Positions 26,092 through 34,958 of a stretch of DNA of 64,000 nucleotides are shown here, piece by piece. Positions within the stretch are counted from its first letter, which is position 1. The number at the start of each line of letters is the position of its first letter. The notes beneath the pieces are model-generated. The model did not search any database. It was not told the DNA's origin and saw nothing but the letters and a program-made list of their open reading frames with translations. The position numbers and the translations under genes are program-made. This stretch comes from Patescibacteria group bacterium (GTDB lineage: Bacteria; Patescibacteriota; Minisyncoccia; UBA6257; UBA9933), in contig JASEIG010000001.1 in the NCBI GenBank assembly GCA_030017615.1, forward strand, positions 22,518-86,517. Reading direction: 5' to 3'.

Positions 26092-26907
26092 ATGAAGCCT
26101 GAAATATTGGATTTTTTAACGAAAAAAGCATTGTGGGTAAGAAGAGAAACAATAAAAATTCATGGCATTGCTCCTGAAACAAGACTGGCTTCGTCGCTGT
26201 CTGATGTTGAGATTTTCGTGTCTTTGTATTACGGAAAAATTTTGAATTTTAATCCAAAAAAGCCGAAATGGTTGGGCAGGGATCGTTTTATAATCAGCAA
26301 AGCCCATGGGGCAATTTCTTTGTATCCGATATTGGCGGACTTCGGTTTTTTTGAAAAAAGCGAACTAACAAGAGTTTGCCAAAAGGGATCTTTTTTGGGA
26401 GGAATTCCAGATACACAAATTTCAGGGTTTGAAACCGTTAACGGAGCTTTGGGTCATGGTCTTGGAGTCGCTTGCGGATCAGCTATTGTTTTAAAGTCAA
26501 AGGGTCTAAAAGTTTTTGTTTTGATGGGTGACGGAGAGTTGTTTGAAGGCGCGGTTTGGGAAGCTGTAATGTTTGCTTTTCAGCATAAGCTTGGAAATCT
26601 AGTTTTGATCATTGATAATAATAAGATTTCCATGCTTGATTATTGCAAAAACATTATCAATTTAGACCCATTGGAAAAAAAATTTCAGGCGTTTGGATGG
26701 AAAGCTGTTGTTGTGGATGGTCATAATATTGATAAATTGGCAAATTCTTTAAAGGATTTAAAGGCGGATAATAGTGATTATCCTAAGGTGTTGATAGCAA
26801 ATACCGTCAAAGGTAAGGGCGTTTCTCAACTTGAAAATGATGTTTTGTGCCATGTAAAATCTTTAAATAAAGAGGAGATTGCCAGAGCAATGGAGGAATT
26901 GAAATGA
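26092..26907 (+). CDS. tktA: Transketolase, N-terminal (TPP pyrophosphate-binding) subunit
   Basis: GHGLGVACGSA...VLMGDGELFEGAVWEA TPP-binding motif (GDG...E). 271 aa, split-transketolase form. Confidence 0.8.
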   Translation: MKPEILDFLTKKALWVRRETIKIHGIAPETRLASSLSDVEIFVSLYYGKILNFNPKKPKWLGRDRFIISKAHGAISLYPILADFGFFEKSELTRVCQKGSFLGGIPDTQISGFETVNGALGHGLGVACGSAIVLKSKGLKVFVLMGDGELFEGAVWEAVMFAFQHKLGNLVLIIDNNKISMLDYCKNIINLDPLEKKFQAFGWKAVVVDGHNIDKLANSLKDLKADNSDYPKVLIANTVKGKGVSQLENDVLCHVKSLNKEEIARAMEELK

Positions 26908-27848
26908 ATATAAAACCAAGGACAATGAGAGACTCTTTTATAGAAGCTGTCTGCGAAAGAATGGATGAAAATAAAAACATTTTTTTCGTAACAGCCGATT
27001 GCGGTGCTCCGGCTTTGGACAAGCTGAAGGAAGATTTCAGCGACAGATTCATAAATGTCGGAATTGCCGAACAAAATTTGATAAATGTCGCGGCAGGACT
27101 TGCTTTGGAAGGATGCGTCGTTTACGCCTATGCGATCGCCCCTTTTCTTACCATGAGGGCTTATGAGCAGATAAGGCAAAATTTATCCATTGCTTCACAA
27201 GTAAGGCCTGTTAACGTAAATCTTATCGGTGTTGGAGCGGGGATGAGTTATGTTGTTTCCGGGCCGACCCATCATTGTTTTGAGGATATCGCGATTATGA
27301 GGCTTATGCCGAATATGACGGTATTTTCTCCAAGTGATTGGAAATTAGCCGCTGATTTTGCCGGTTATACAATTCATAAAAGCGGACCCAAGTATTTGCG
27401 GTTTGATGGGAAAACATTGCCTTTAATTTACAAAGACACAGACAACATTGTTTTGGAAAACGGTTTTTATAAACTGTTGAATGGCGATAAAGTTTGTATT
27501 ATTTCCACCGGATACATGACGCATAAGGCGCTGAAAGTTGCAAGCGAATTTCAAAATGTAGGCGTCATAGACGTTTTTATACTCAAACCGCTGAATGAAA
27601 AATTGCTGTTTGAAGCCATTAAAAATTACCGGCATATCATCACCGTCGAGGAAACATTCATAAATAACGGCGGGTTGGATTGTCTGGTGTCAAAAGTCAT
27701 CCGGGATAACCGGCCAAATATCGGTTTTGACAATCTGGGTATCAGTGATAAGCATATTTTTGAGCTTGGAAACAGGGATTATCTACATAAGCTTAACGGG
27801 TTGGATGAGGAAAATATTAAAGAAATTATTTGGGAAAATAATTGGTAA
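26904..27848 (+). CDS. tktB: Transketolase, C-terminal (pyrimidine-binding) subunit
   Basis: Transketolase Pyr domain (IAEQNLINVAAGLALEG) and a C-terminal domain. 4-bp overlap with the N-terminal subunit gene. Confidence 0.8.
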   Translation: MNIKPRTMRDSFIEAVCERMDENKNIFFVTADCGAPALDKLKEDFSDRFINVGIAEQNLINVAAGLALEGCVVYAYAIAPFLTMRAYEQIRQNLSIASQVRPVNVNLIGVGAGMSYVVSGPTHHCFEDIAIMRLMPNMTVFSPSDWKLAADFAGYTIHKSGPKYLRFDGKTLPLIYKDTDNIVLENGFYKLLNGDKVCIISTGYMTHKALKVASEFQNVGVIDVFILKPLNEKLLFEAIKNYRHIITVEETFINNGGLDCLVSKVIRDNRPNIGFDNLGISDKHIFELGNRDYLHKLNGLDEENIKEIIWENNW

Positions 27849-27863
27849 CAATTTAGAGTTGTA

Positions 27864-27896
27864 GCAGGCCCCGGCATTTTGTCGGGGCTTTTTTAT
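27864..27896 (+). terminator. Rho-independent terminator (gccccgg...ccggggc + T-run)
   Basis: GC stem with a 9-nt loop followed by TTTTTTATT, directly after the transketolase C-subunit gene. Confidence 0.6.
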
Positions 27897-27904
27897 TGGT
27901 TAGA

Positions 27905-27948
27905 TTGACGACCAAATCATTTTCTGTTAAATATTTGTTAGTACAAAA
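27905..27948 (+). promoter_or_regulatory. Promoter/leader cassette copy C: TTGACG-N17-TAAATA + TTAGTACAAAA box
   Basis: ttgacgaccaaatcattttctgttaaatatttgttagtacaaaaa, followed by a small hairpin ccgcttttgcgg and RBS aaaggagagg. Confidence 0.5.
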
Positions 27949-27990
27949 ACCGCTTTTGCGGCAAAAATTGAAAAAGGAGAGGACAATAAT

Positions 27991-29160
27991 ATGGATATCA
28001 GATATTATCTTGCGGAAGATACGATTGATAAGCGGGATATTGACGCGTTAATCCGGTGGTTAGGGACTTGCCCGCGTCTGACTAAAGGAAAGCTAACTCC
28101 GGAATTTGAAGAAAAATGGAGCAATTGGATTGGAATGAAGTATTCGGTTTTTTGTAATTCTGGTTCATCGGCAAATTTGTTGATGTATTATACTTTGCTG
28201 ACTTCCGGAGTTCTTAGAAATAAAAAGGTTATCGTTCCGAGTGTCGGCTGGGTGACGACAATCGCGCCGGCAATCCAATTCGGTTTTGAACCGATAATGT
28301 GCGAGGCGGATCCCGATACTTTCAGTCTGGATTTGAACCATCTCCAGGAGCTTCTTAAAAAACACGATCCTTCAACGGTTATATTGGTCCAAGTTTTGGG
28401 AGTTCCTCACAAGATGGATGAAATCATGAAGCTTAAGGAAAAGTACGGTTTTATTCTACTTGAGGATGCTTGTGCCGCAATGGGTTCTTCGTACCACGGA
28501 AAGAAAGTCGGATCTTTCGGGGATATGAGTAGTGCCTCGTTGTATTTTGGACATCAGATTTCAACTATTGAAGGTGGATTGGTTTCCACTAACAATAAGG
28601 AATTTTATGATGTTCTACTTATGATTAGGAGCCACGGGTGGAGTAAGGATTTAGATCAAGAAACCCATAATCAGCTTGTTCAAAAACATAACATAGATGA
28701 TTTTCACTCCCCGTTTGTCTTTTATGAGCTTGGTTTTAATCTCCGTTCGACCGACTTAAACGCTTTTTTGGGAATAAGACAAATTGATAAAATGGAATGG
28801 CTGGTTTCACGGAGATGGGAAAACCATTGTTTTTACAAAGATCTTTTGGATAATAAATTTTATTCCCAGAAGTATGACGCGGATTCAATTGTTTGCAGTA
28901 TTCATTTTGGAATGCTGGCAAATAATGGAGATGAACGAAAAAAAATCATAAAAGCTCTAGAAAAGAATGGTATTGAAACGCGTATTTTTTCCGCAGGCAA
29001 TCTCGGACTTCACCCGTTTTGGTATGAACGGTATGGAAAATTTTCCGCGCCGATGGCGGACAGAATTCATCATACTGGTTTGTTTCTTCCTCAAAATCCG
29101 TCGCTTAAACCGAAAGATATCAGATTTATTTCGGAAGTGATATTAGATAGTGTGAAGTAA
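27991..29160 (+). CDS. DegT/DnrJ/EryC1-family PMP-dependent sugar 3-dehydratase (ColD / CDP-6-deoxy-hexulose 3-dehydrase E1-like; His replaces the PLP lysine)
   Basis: Family fold is evident. In the conserved SFHxxKxITTGEGG block the sequence reads SLYFGHQISTIEGG, with His at the Lys position. This is the hallmark of ColD (GDP-4-keto-6-deoxymannose 3-dehydratase) and E1 dehydrases. Confidence 0.65.
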   Translation: MDIRYYLAEDTIDKRDIDALIRWLGTCPRLTKGKLTPEFEEKWSNWIGMKYSVFCNSGSSANLLMYYTLLTSGVLRNKKVIVPSVGWVTTIAPAIQFGFEPIMCEADPDTFSLDLNHLQELLKKHDPSTVILVQVLGVPHKMDEIMKLKEKYGFILLEDACAAMGSSYHGKKVGSFGDMSSASLYFGHQISTIEGGLVSTNNKEFYDVLLMIRSHGWSKDLDQETHNQLVQKHNIDDFHSPFVFYELGFNLRSTDLNAFLGIRQIDKMEWLVSRRWENHCFYKDLLDNKFYSQKYDADSIVCSIHFGMLANNGDERKKIIKALEKNGIETRIFSAGNLGLHPFWYERYGKFSAPMADRIHHTGLFLPQNPSLKPKDIRFISEVILDSVK

Positions 29161-29163
29161 ATT

Positions 29164-29200
29164 GCATCCCCGCGCCTGAAAAGGCCGCGGGGATTTTTTG
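29164..29200 (+). terminator. Rho-independent terminator (atccccgcg...cgcggggat + T6)
   Basis: Perfect 9-bp GC-rich inverted repeat followed by TTTTTTG, after the dehydratase stop. Confidence 0.65.
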
Positions 29201-29227
29201 TTGCAATGTTAATAAATTTTTATAAGT

Positions 29228-29270
29228 TTGACTATAAGTTTATTTCTTGTTAAATATTTAACAGTATAAA
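29228..29270 (+). promoter_or_regulatory. Promoter/leader cassette copy D: TTGACT-N17-TAAATA + ACAGTATAAAA box
   Basis: ttgactataagtttatttcttgttaaatatttaacagtataaaa, followed by a small hairpin atcacttttaagtgat and RBS agggagg. Confidence 0.45.
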
Positions 29271-29313
29271 ATCACTTTTAAGTGATATTAAAATTTAATA
29301 TAGGGAGGTTGAT

Positions 29314-30249
29314 ATGTTTAAAATTTTAATAACAGGAGCGGCAGGATATTTGGGTTCAGTGTTGGTGCCGGAGCTTTTAATCAAGGGTTATACAGTTGTT
29401 GCTATTGATAATTTTCTTTTTAATCAGACATCTCTTCTGGATGTTTGCTGTTACAAGGAATTAATAGTGATTCGCGGAGATGCAAGAGATAAAAAATTAA
29501 TTTCCAAACATCTTAAAGGAGTCGATTTTATAATTCCTTTGGCTTGTATTGTGGGAGCGCCTGCATGTAAAAAAGATCCGGAAGCGTCTAAAAGCACTAA
29601 TCTGGACGCGATTAAGATGATTCTTGAACTTCGCGAAGAAGACCAGAAGATAATTTATCCGAATACCAACAGCGGTTACGGTATAGGCGAAAAAGAAAAA
29701 TATTGCGACGAAAAAACGCCGCTTAATCCCATCTCGTTTTATGGAAAACTCAAGGTTGAGGCGGAAAAAGACATTTTGAGAGCGGGAAACGGAATTACTT
29801 TAAGACTGGCTACTGTATTTGGAATCAGTCCGCGTATGCGTTTGGATCTTCTGGTAAATGATTTTGTATATCGGGCAGTATACGACCGTTTCGTTGTTCT
29901 TTTTGAATCGCATTTCAAGCGGAATTACATTCACGTAAGAGACGTTGCCCGGGCTTTCCTGCACGCGATGGAAAATTTTGATGCAATGAAAAATGAGGCG
30001 TATAATGTCGGTTTGAGTGATGCAAATCTCAGCAAGATGGAGTTGTGCGAAAAAATTAAAAAACAACTACCTGAGTTTTATTTTGTTGAAGCCGAGATCG
30101 GCAAGGATCCGGACAGACGGGATTACATTGTCAGCAATGAAAAGATAGAAGGAACCGGTTTTAAAACGTTGGTTTCGCTCCAGGATGGAATTGCGGAACT
30201 GATAAAGGGATATCAGGTTATCAAGAGAACGCAGTTTGCGAACGTTTGA
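29314..30249 (+). CDS. NAD-dependent epimerase/dehydratase family protein (nucleotide-sugar 4,6-dehydratase/epimerase/reductase)
   Basis: ILITGAAGYLGSVLV Rossmann motif. YGKLK catalytic YxxxK. 311 aa extended SDR. Confidence 0.65.
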   Translation: MFKILITGAAGYLGSVLVPELLIKGYTVVAIDNFLFNQTSLLDVCCYKELIVIRGDARDKKLISKHLKGVDFIIPLACIVGAPACKKDPEASKSTNLDAIKMILELREEDQKIIYPNTNSGYGIGEKEKYCDEKTPLNPISFYGKLKVEAEKDILRAGNGITLRLATVFGISPRMRLDLLVNDFVYRAVYDRFVVLFESHFKRNYIHVRDVARAFLHAMENFDAMKNEAYNVGLSDANLSKMELCEKIKKQLPEFYFVEAEIGKDPDRRDYIVSNEKIEGTGFKTLVSLQDGIAELIKGYQVIKRTQFANV

Positions 30250-30267
30250 TTGATTTGTTTTTATTAT

Positions 30268-30305
30268 AAGCTCCTTATAGAATTTTCCGTAAGGAGCTTT
30301 TTTAT
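30268..30305 (+). terminator. Rho-independent terminator (aagctcctta...taaggagctt + T-run)
   Basis: 10-bp inverted repeat with an 11-nt loop followed by TTTTTTATT. Confidence 0.6.
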
Positions 30306-30376
30306 TGACAAAAGTCAAATTAATTAACAATATATGAGCAGTTCTTAATCCAATAAAATACGAAATGGAGGATTAA

Positions 30377-31876
30377 ATGAAACAGACCGATGTATTATTT
30401 GTTGTTCCCGGAAACCATAAAAAAGTGTTTCAGGGTCTTGGAAATGATTTTGCGGCGATTGAATCGCCGGCTCAAACTGGATTATTTGCCAATTATTTAA
30501 AAATGATTAAAGGTTGTTCTGTCGGTGTTATTGATATGCCCGCATTGGGCGATTTATCCTGTAATGCGGCGGCAGAAATAGTTTTTGCTTATAATCCAAT
30601 TCTTGTTGTAATGATGGTTTATGGGCATCAGCCTTCGGCGTCCACTCAAAATATGCTGGCGGCAAGATCAGCTTGTGAAGCCATCAAAGAAAAGATGCCC
30701 GATGCCAAAATACTAATGACTGGAACTCATCCCGCGGCATTGCCTAAACGAACTCTTATGGAAGAACCAATTGATTTTGTGTGCGATGGTGAGGGACTTG
30801 TGACAATCTATGAAACATTGCAGATGTTAAAGTCCGGGACTGACGATTTTAGTAAGGTAAGTAATTTATGGTATTGGCAAAATAGAATGCCGAAAAGATC
30901 AAAACTTTCGGCGGCGCTTATTACCAATCTTAACTCCGAATTTCTTCACGGAATTGCGTGGGATTTATTGCCAATGGAAAAGTATCGGACTCATAACTGG
31001 CATTGCTTTGATAATATTGAAAATCGTTCGCCTTACGCGGCGATACATACCTCTTTTGGTTGCCCATTTTCTTGCGTTTTTTGTTGTATCAACGCTCCGT
31101 TTGGAAAATCGTCTTATCGGATGTTTTCTCCGGAACATGTGATTTACGAAATAGACATTCTTGTCAATAAATATAATGTCAGAAATATAAAGTTTGTTGA
31201 TGAGTTGTTTGTTTTAAACGAGGAACACGTGAACGGGATTTGCGATTTGATAATCCAGCGCGGTTATGATTTGAACATCTGGGCTTATGCCAGAGTTGAT
31301 ACGGCAAAAGAGCGTCTGCTGGATAAAATGAGGCGAGCCGGAATCAGATGGCTGGCTTTAGGCATTGAATCCGGCAGCAAACATGTCAGAGACGGCGCCA
31401 AAAAGAAATTCAGCAATGAAGACGTAATTAATGTGGCAAGGAAAATCCAGAATGCTGGAATTTACGTCGGGGCAAATTATATTTTCGGTTTGCCTGACGA
31501 CACCTTGGAAACGATGCAAGAAACATTTAATCTTGCTTTAGAAATTAACGCTGAATGGGCGAACTTTTATTGCGCGATGGCTTATCCGGGCTCAAAACTG
31601 TATAACATCGCAAAGAAAAAAGAATTACCTTTACCAGACGACCCTGACGGTCCGGGATGGATAGGTTATTCCCAATACTCTTACGAATGTTTACCGCTTC
31701 CGACAGAAAATTTGTCGGCGGCAGATGTTCTGCGTTTTAGGGACAACGCGTTTCAGGTCTATTTTACAGAACGTCGTTATCTGAAAATGATAAGCGAAAA
31801 ATTTGGAAAAAAGGCCGTGGAACATATCAGGTTAATGACATCCAGTTTTCCACTAAAAAGGAAAATATTGGGATGA
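30377..31876 (+). CDS. B12-binding domain radical SAM protein (class B rSAM-like; candidate sugar C-methyltransferase or rearrangement enzyme)
   Basis: N-terminal B12-binding-like Rossmann region. FGCPFSCVFCC CxxxCxxC motif. Sits inside the deoxysugar cassette series. Confidence 0.7.
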   Translation: MKQTDVLFVVPGNHKKVFQGLGNDFAAIESPAQTGLFANYLKMIKGCSVGVIDMPALGDLSCNAAAEIVFAYNPILVVMMVYGHQPSASTQNMLAARSACEAIKEKMPDAKILMTGTHPAALPKRTLMEEPIDFVCDGEGLVTIYETLQMLKSGTDDFSKVSNLWYWQNRMPKRSKLSAALITNLNSEFLHGIAWDLLPMEKYRTHNWHCFDNIENRSPYAAIHTSFGCPFSCVFCCINAPFGKSSYRMFSPEHVIYEIDILVNKYNVRNIKFVDELFVLNEEHVNGICDLIIQRGYDLNIWAYARVDTAKERLLDKMRRAGIRWLALGIESGSKHVRDGAKKKFSNEDVINVARKIQNAGIYVGANYIFGLPDDTLETMQETFNLALEINAEWANFYCAMAYPGSKLYNIAKKKELPLPDDPDGPGWIGYSQYSYECLPLPTENLSAADVLRFRDNAFQVYFTERRYLKMISEKFGKKAVEHIRLMTSSFPLKRKILG

Positions 31877-31881
31877 ATTAC

Positions 31882-31920
31882 GGAGGATTTCGCGAAGTTT
31901 GCGGAATCCTCTTTTATTTT
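31882..31920 (+). terminator. Rho-independent terminator (gaggatttcgc...gcggaatcctc + T-run)
   Basis: 11-bp imperfect inverted repeat followed by TTTTATTTT. Overlaps the -35 of the next cassette promoter. Confidence 0.55.
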
Positions 31921-31943
31921 AAATATTCTGTGTTAGTATAAAT
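31899..31943 (+). promoter_or_regulatory. Promoter/leader cassette copy E (weaker -35 TTGCGG; AAATAT + TGTTAGTATAAA box)
   Basis: ttgcggaatcctcttttattttaaatattctgtgttagtataaa upstream of the GHMP kinase gene. Confidence 0.35.
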
Positions 31944-31984
31944 TATTATTCATAATTGAAGATTAAATTTCCAAACCTTAATTT

Positions 31985-32998
31985 ATGGTTATTACGCGAA
32001 CACCTTTTAGAATTTCTTTTTTCGGAGGGGGAACTGATTATCCTGTTTGGTATAAAAAGAACGGCGGAGCGGTGCTTTCCGCGTCAATTGATAAATATTG
32101 TTATATTACTTGCAGACATTTGCCGCCGTTTTTTGAGCATAAGATCAGGGTTGTTTGGTCAAAAATAGAAAGCGTCAAACATCATGATGAAATTCAGCAT
32201 CCATCGGCAAAAGAATGTTTGAAGCATCTTAATTTTGATAAAGGCATTGAAATACATCACGATGCCGATTTGCCGGCGCGCTCGGGTCTTGGTTCAAGTT
32301 CGGCCTTTACCGTCGGTCTTCTTAATGCCTTGTATGCTTTGAACGGAAAAATGGTGACTAAAAGGCAGTTGGCGCTTGATGCCATTCATGTTGAACAGGA
32401 AAGAATAAAAGAAAACGTTGGCTCACAGGACCAGACAGTCGCGGCTTTCGGTGGGTTCAATAAAATTGAATTCGGCGCTCCACATAAAATAAATGTTTTA
32501 CCCATTGTTTTAAAACATGACAGATTAAATGATCTTCAGAATCATTTGATGATGTTTTTTACCGGTTTTTCAAGAAATGCTTCGGATATTGCGGCGGAAC
32601 AGATTAAAAACACTCCTAAAAAATTTTCGGAATTAAAAGCCATGCATGAGATGGTGGAAAAAGCGATAGGCATACTTAACAGCGGTAAAAATCTTGACGA
32701 GTTCGGCAAACTTCTGGATGAAAACTGGAAAATAAAAAGAGGCCTTACTTCCCAAATAACCAATTCTTCAATAGATGAAATTTATGAAGCCGGATTGAAA
32801 GCCGGAGCCACCGGCGGTAAATTATTGGGGGCCGGAAGCGGAGGATTTATATTATTTTTTGTGAGACCGGAAAATCAGCAGAAAGTTAAAGACAGGTTAA
32901 AAAATCTTCTTTATGTTCCGTTTAAATTTGAAAATTCCGGGAGCCAGGTGATTTATTATGCTCCGCACGGAAATTTTCATGACAGTAACTCAAGCTGA
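31985..32998 (+). CDS. GHMP-family sugar kinase (HddA-like D-glycero-D-manno-heptose 7-phosphate kinase / sugar-1-kinase)
   Basis: PARSGLGSSSAFTVGLLNAL GHMP ATP-binding motif. About 337 aa. Paired with a downstream sugar-1-P nucleotidyltransferase. Confidence 0.7.
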   Translation: MVITRTPFRISFFGGGTDYPVWYKKNGGAVLSASIDKYCYITCRHLPPFFEHKIRVVWSKIESVKHHDEIQHPSAKECLKHLNFDKGIEIHHDADLPARSGLGSSSAFTVGLLNALYALNGKMVTKRQLALDAIHVEQERIKENVGSQDQTVAAFGGFNKIEFGAPHKINVLPIVLKHDRLNDLQNHLMMFFTGFSRNASDIAAEQIKNTPKKFSELKAMHEMVEKAIGILNSGKNLDEFGKLLDENWKIKRGLTSQITNSSIDEIYEAGLKAGATGGKLLGAGSGGFILFFVRPENQQKVKDRLKNLLYVPFKFENSGSQVIYYAPHGNFHDSNSS

Positions 32999-33063
32999 TT
33001 TAATTATTTAGGTCTTATGTAATCATTCGGATTCTTTAATAAAAAAATAATATGAGGAGATAA

Positions 33064-33360
33064 TGACAAAGATTGATATCGGGCCGAATGTTTCTTCCTG
33101 GGCAAAAAAAGAGGATGATTTTTCAGTCCAAACGCTCAAAGATGAATTTCTTAAGGAAGCCAAAAAGTTTCTGCCTGATTTGGAGACCGATGATTTAAAA
33201 TGAGCGTACAGCGGATTGAGAGCAAAAATTCGGCGAGGAAGATTTTATTATCAGGAAAGAAGCGGGAAATCCAACACTCATTAATCTGATAGGAATTGAA
33301 TCGCCCGGATTTACCGCCGCGTTTGCCATTGGCGAATACATGGCGGAAATGGTAGATTAA
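33064..33360 (+). pseudogene. Remnant of the C-terminal end of an FAD-dependent oxidoreductase (LhgO/GlpA-like), disrupted by frameshifts
   Basis: Three frames together give ...PDLETDDLK / AYSGLRAK / DFIIRKEAGNPTLINLIGIESPGFTAAFAIGEYMAEMVD*. This matches the C-terminal motif (GIESPGLT..AIAE) of FAD-dependent oxidoreductases. No upstream catalytic domain is present. Confidence 0.4.
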
Positions 33361-33427
33361 AAAAATATTCCAACGTAATGTTGAGGTATTTCTTGCCAAA
33401 AAGGAATAAAAGTTTTATAAATAATTT

Positions 33428-34156
33428 ATGAACAAGCAACGGCAAAACAGGCATTTTAACGATATTGATGTTGTAATTTTATGCGGTGGTCAAGGGACAA
33501 GAATAAAGCCTGTGATTGGTAATAAGCCAAAAGTACTTGCCGATATAAACGGAAAGCCGTTTTTGGAAATTCTTATTAACCAGCTTGTTTTAAACGACTT
33601 TAAAAAAATTATATTGAGTGTTGGGTATTTAAAGGAGCAGATAAAAGATTATATTCAGAACGTATTTAATAATAATCAGGTAGAAATTAGTTTTTCAGAA
33701 GAGGAAACTATGCTTGGAACCGGAGGCGCGGTAAAGAAAGTAAAAGATTTGATTAAAAACCACCACTTTTTAGTTGTGAACGGAGATACTTATTTTCCGA
33801 TTGATTTTAACCGATTTTTTGCGAATTACTTATCCAATAAAGCGCTGGTTTCAGCGGTAATCGCCAGAATTTCGGATGTTTCCGATTATGGAAGCGTAAA
33901 ATTAGATGACAATGGTAGAATAATTAGTTTTAATGAAAAAAGCGTTAATGAAAATGACTTGGTAAATGCGGGAATGTATTTTATGTCCAAAGAAATTTTT
34001 AATTTGATGCCAAGTAATGACGTTTTTTCTCTTGAATATGATTTATTTCCTAAAATTTTAAATAACAAATGCCATGGGTTTATTGGCGAGGGAGAATTAA
34101 TTGACATTGGAACGCCGGAAAAATATGAAAAAGCAAAAATTTATTTCAAAATTTAA
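33428..34156 (+). CDS. Sugar-1-phosphate nucleotidyltransferase (HddC/RfbF-like guanylyl- or cytidylyltransferase)
   Basis: VILCGGQGTRIKPVIGNKPKVLADINGKPFLE N-terminal NTP-transferase signature. 242 aa. Confidence 0.7.
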   Translation: MNKQRQNRHFNDIDVVILCGGQGTRIKPVIGNKPKVLADINGKPFLEILINQLVLNDFKKIILSVGYLKEQIKDYIQNVFNNNQVEISFSEEETMLGTGGAVKKVKDLIKNHHFLVVNGDTYFPIDFNRFFANYLSNKALVSAVIARISDVSDYGSVKLDDNGRIISFNEKSVNENDLVNAGMYFMSKEIFNLMPSNDVFSLEYDLFPKILNNKCHGFIGEGELIDIGTPEKYEKAKIYFKI

Positions 34157-34160
34157 TTGT

Positions 34161-34958
34161 ATGAAATTTCCAATTAGCGCAATTATTTTAACTTATAACG
34201 AGGAATTAAATATAGATAATTGTTTGAAAAATATAAACGATTTATGCGATGAAATTTTTATTGTTGATTCTTACAGTACGGACGGCACGAAACAAATTGC
34301 AAATCGCTATGGCGTTAAATTCATTCAACACTCTTTTAAAAATCAAGCGGACCAATTTAACTGGGCGCTTGATAATTTACCGATTAAAAATGAATGGATT
34401 TTGCGGTTGGATGCGGATGAATATCTGACTGAAGAATTAAAAAATGAAATAATTAAAAAGATAAAAAACATACCAAATGATGTGGTTGGATTTTATTTAA
34501 ATCGGAGAGTTTATTTTATGGGAAAATGGATAAAACATGGCGGTTATTATCCGACATGGATTTTGCGGTTATTCAGGCGCGGAAAGGCGCGTTCGGAGCA
34601 AAGGGAAATGGACGAGCATATTGTTTTATTTGAGGGCAGGGCGGGAAAATTTGAAAATGATTTTATTGATGATAATAAAAAAGATTTAACTTGGTGGATT
34701 GAGAAACATAATAATTACGCTTTGCGTGAAGCGCGGGAGGCGTTATTAGGAAATTATGGCCGAGGCATGAAAAAAAAATATTATAAGTTGCCGTTATTCT
34801 GTCGTGTTGTCGCTTATTTTATTTATCGTTATTTTTTCCGCTTTGGTTTTCTTGACGGCAAAGAGGGGTTGATATTTCATTTTTTACAAGGATTTTGGTA
34901 TAGATTTTTAGTGGACGCAAAGATATATGAAAAGTTAAGAATTAATAAAAAGGCGTAA
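34161..34958 (+). CDS. Glycosyltransferase family 2
   Basis: ISAIILTYNEELNIDNCL...IVDSYSTDGT and a LDADE (DxD) motif. ATG at 34161 is preferred over the TTG at 34101, which would overlap the upstream gene. Confidence 0.65.
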   Translation: MKFPISAIILTYNEELNIDNCLKNINDLCDEIFIVDSYSTDGTKQIANRYGVKFIQHSFKNQADQFNWALDNLPIKNEWILRLDADEYLTEELKNEIIKKIKNIPNDVVGFYLNRRVYFMGKWIKHGGYYPTWILRLFRRGKARSEQREMDEHIVLFEGRAGKFENDFIDDNKKDLTWWIEKHNNYALREAREALLGNYGRGMKKKYYKLPLFCRVVAYFIYRYFFRFGFLDGKEGLIFHFLQGFWYRFLVDAKIYEKLRINKKA

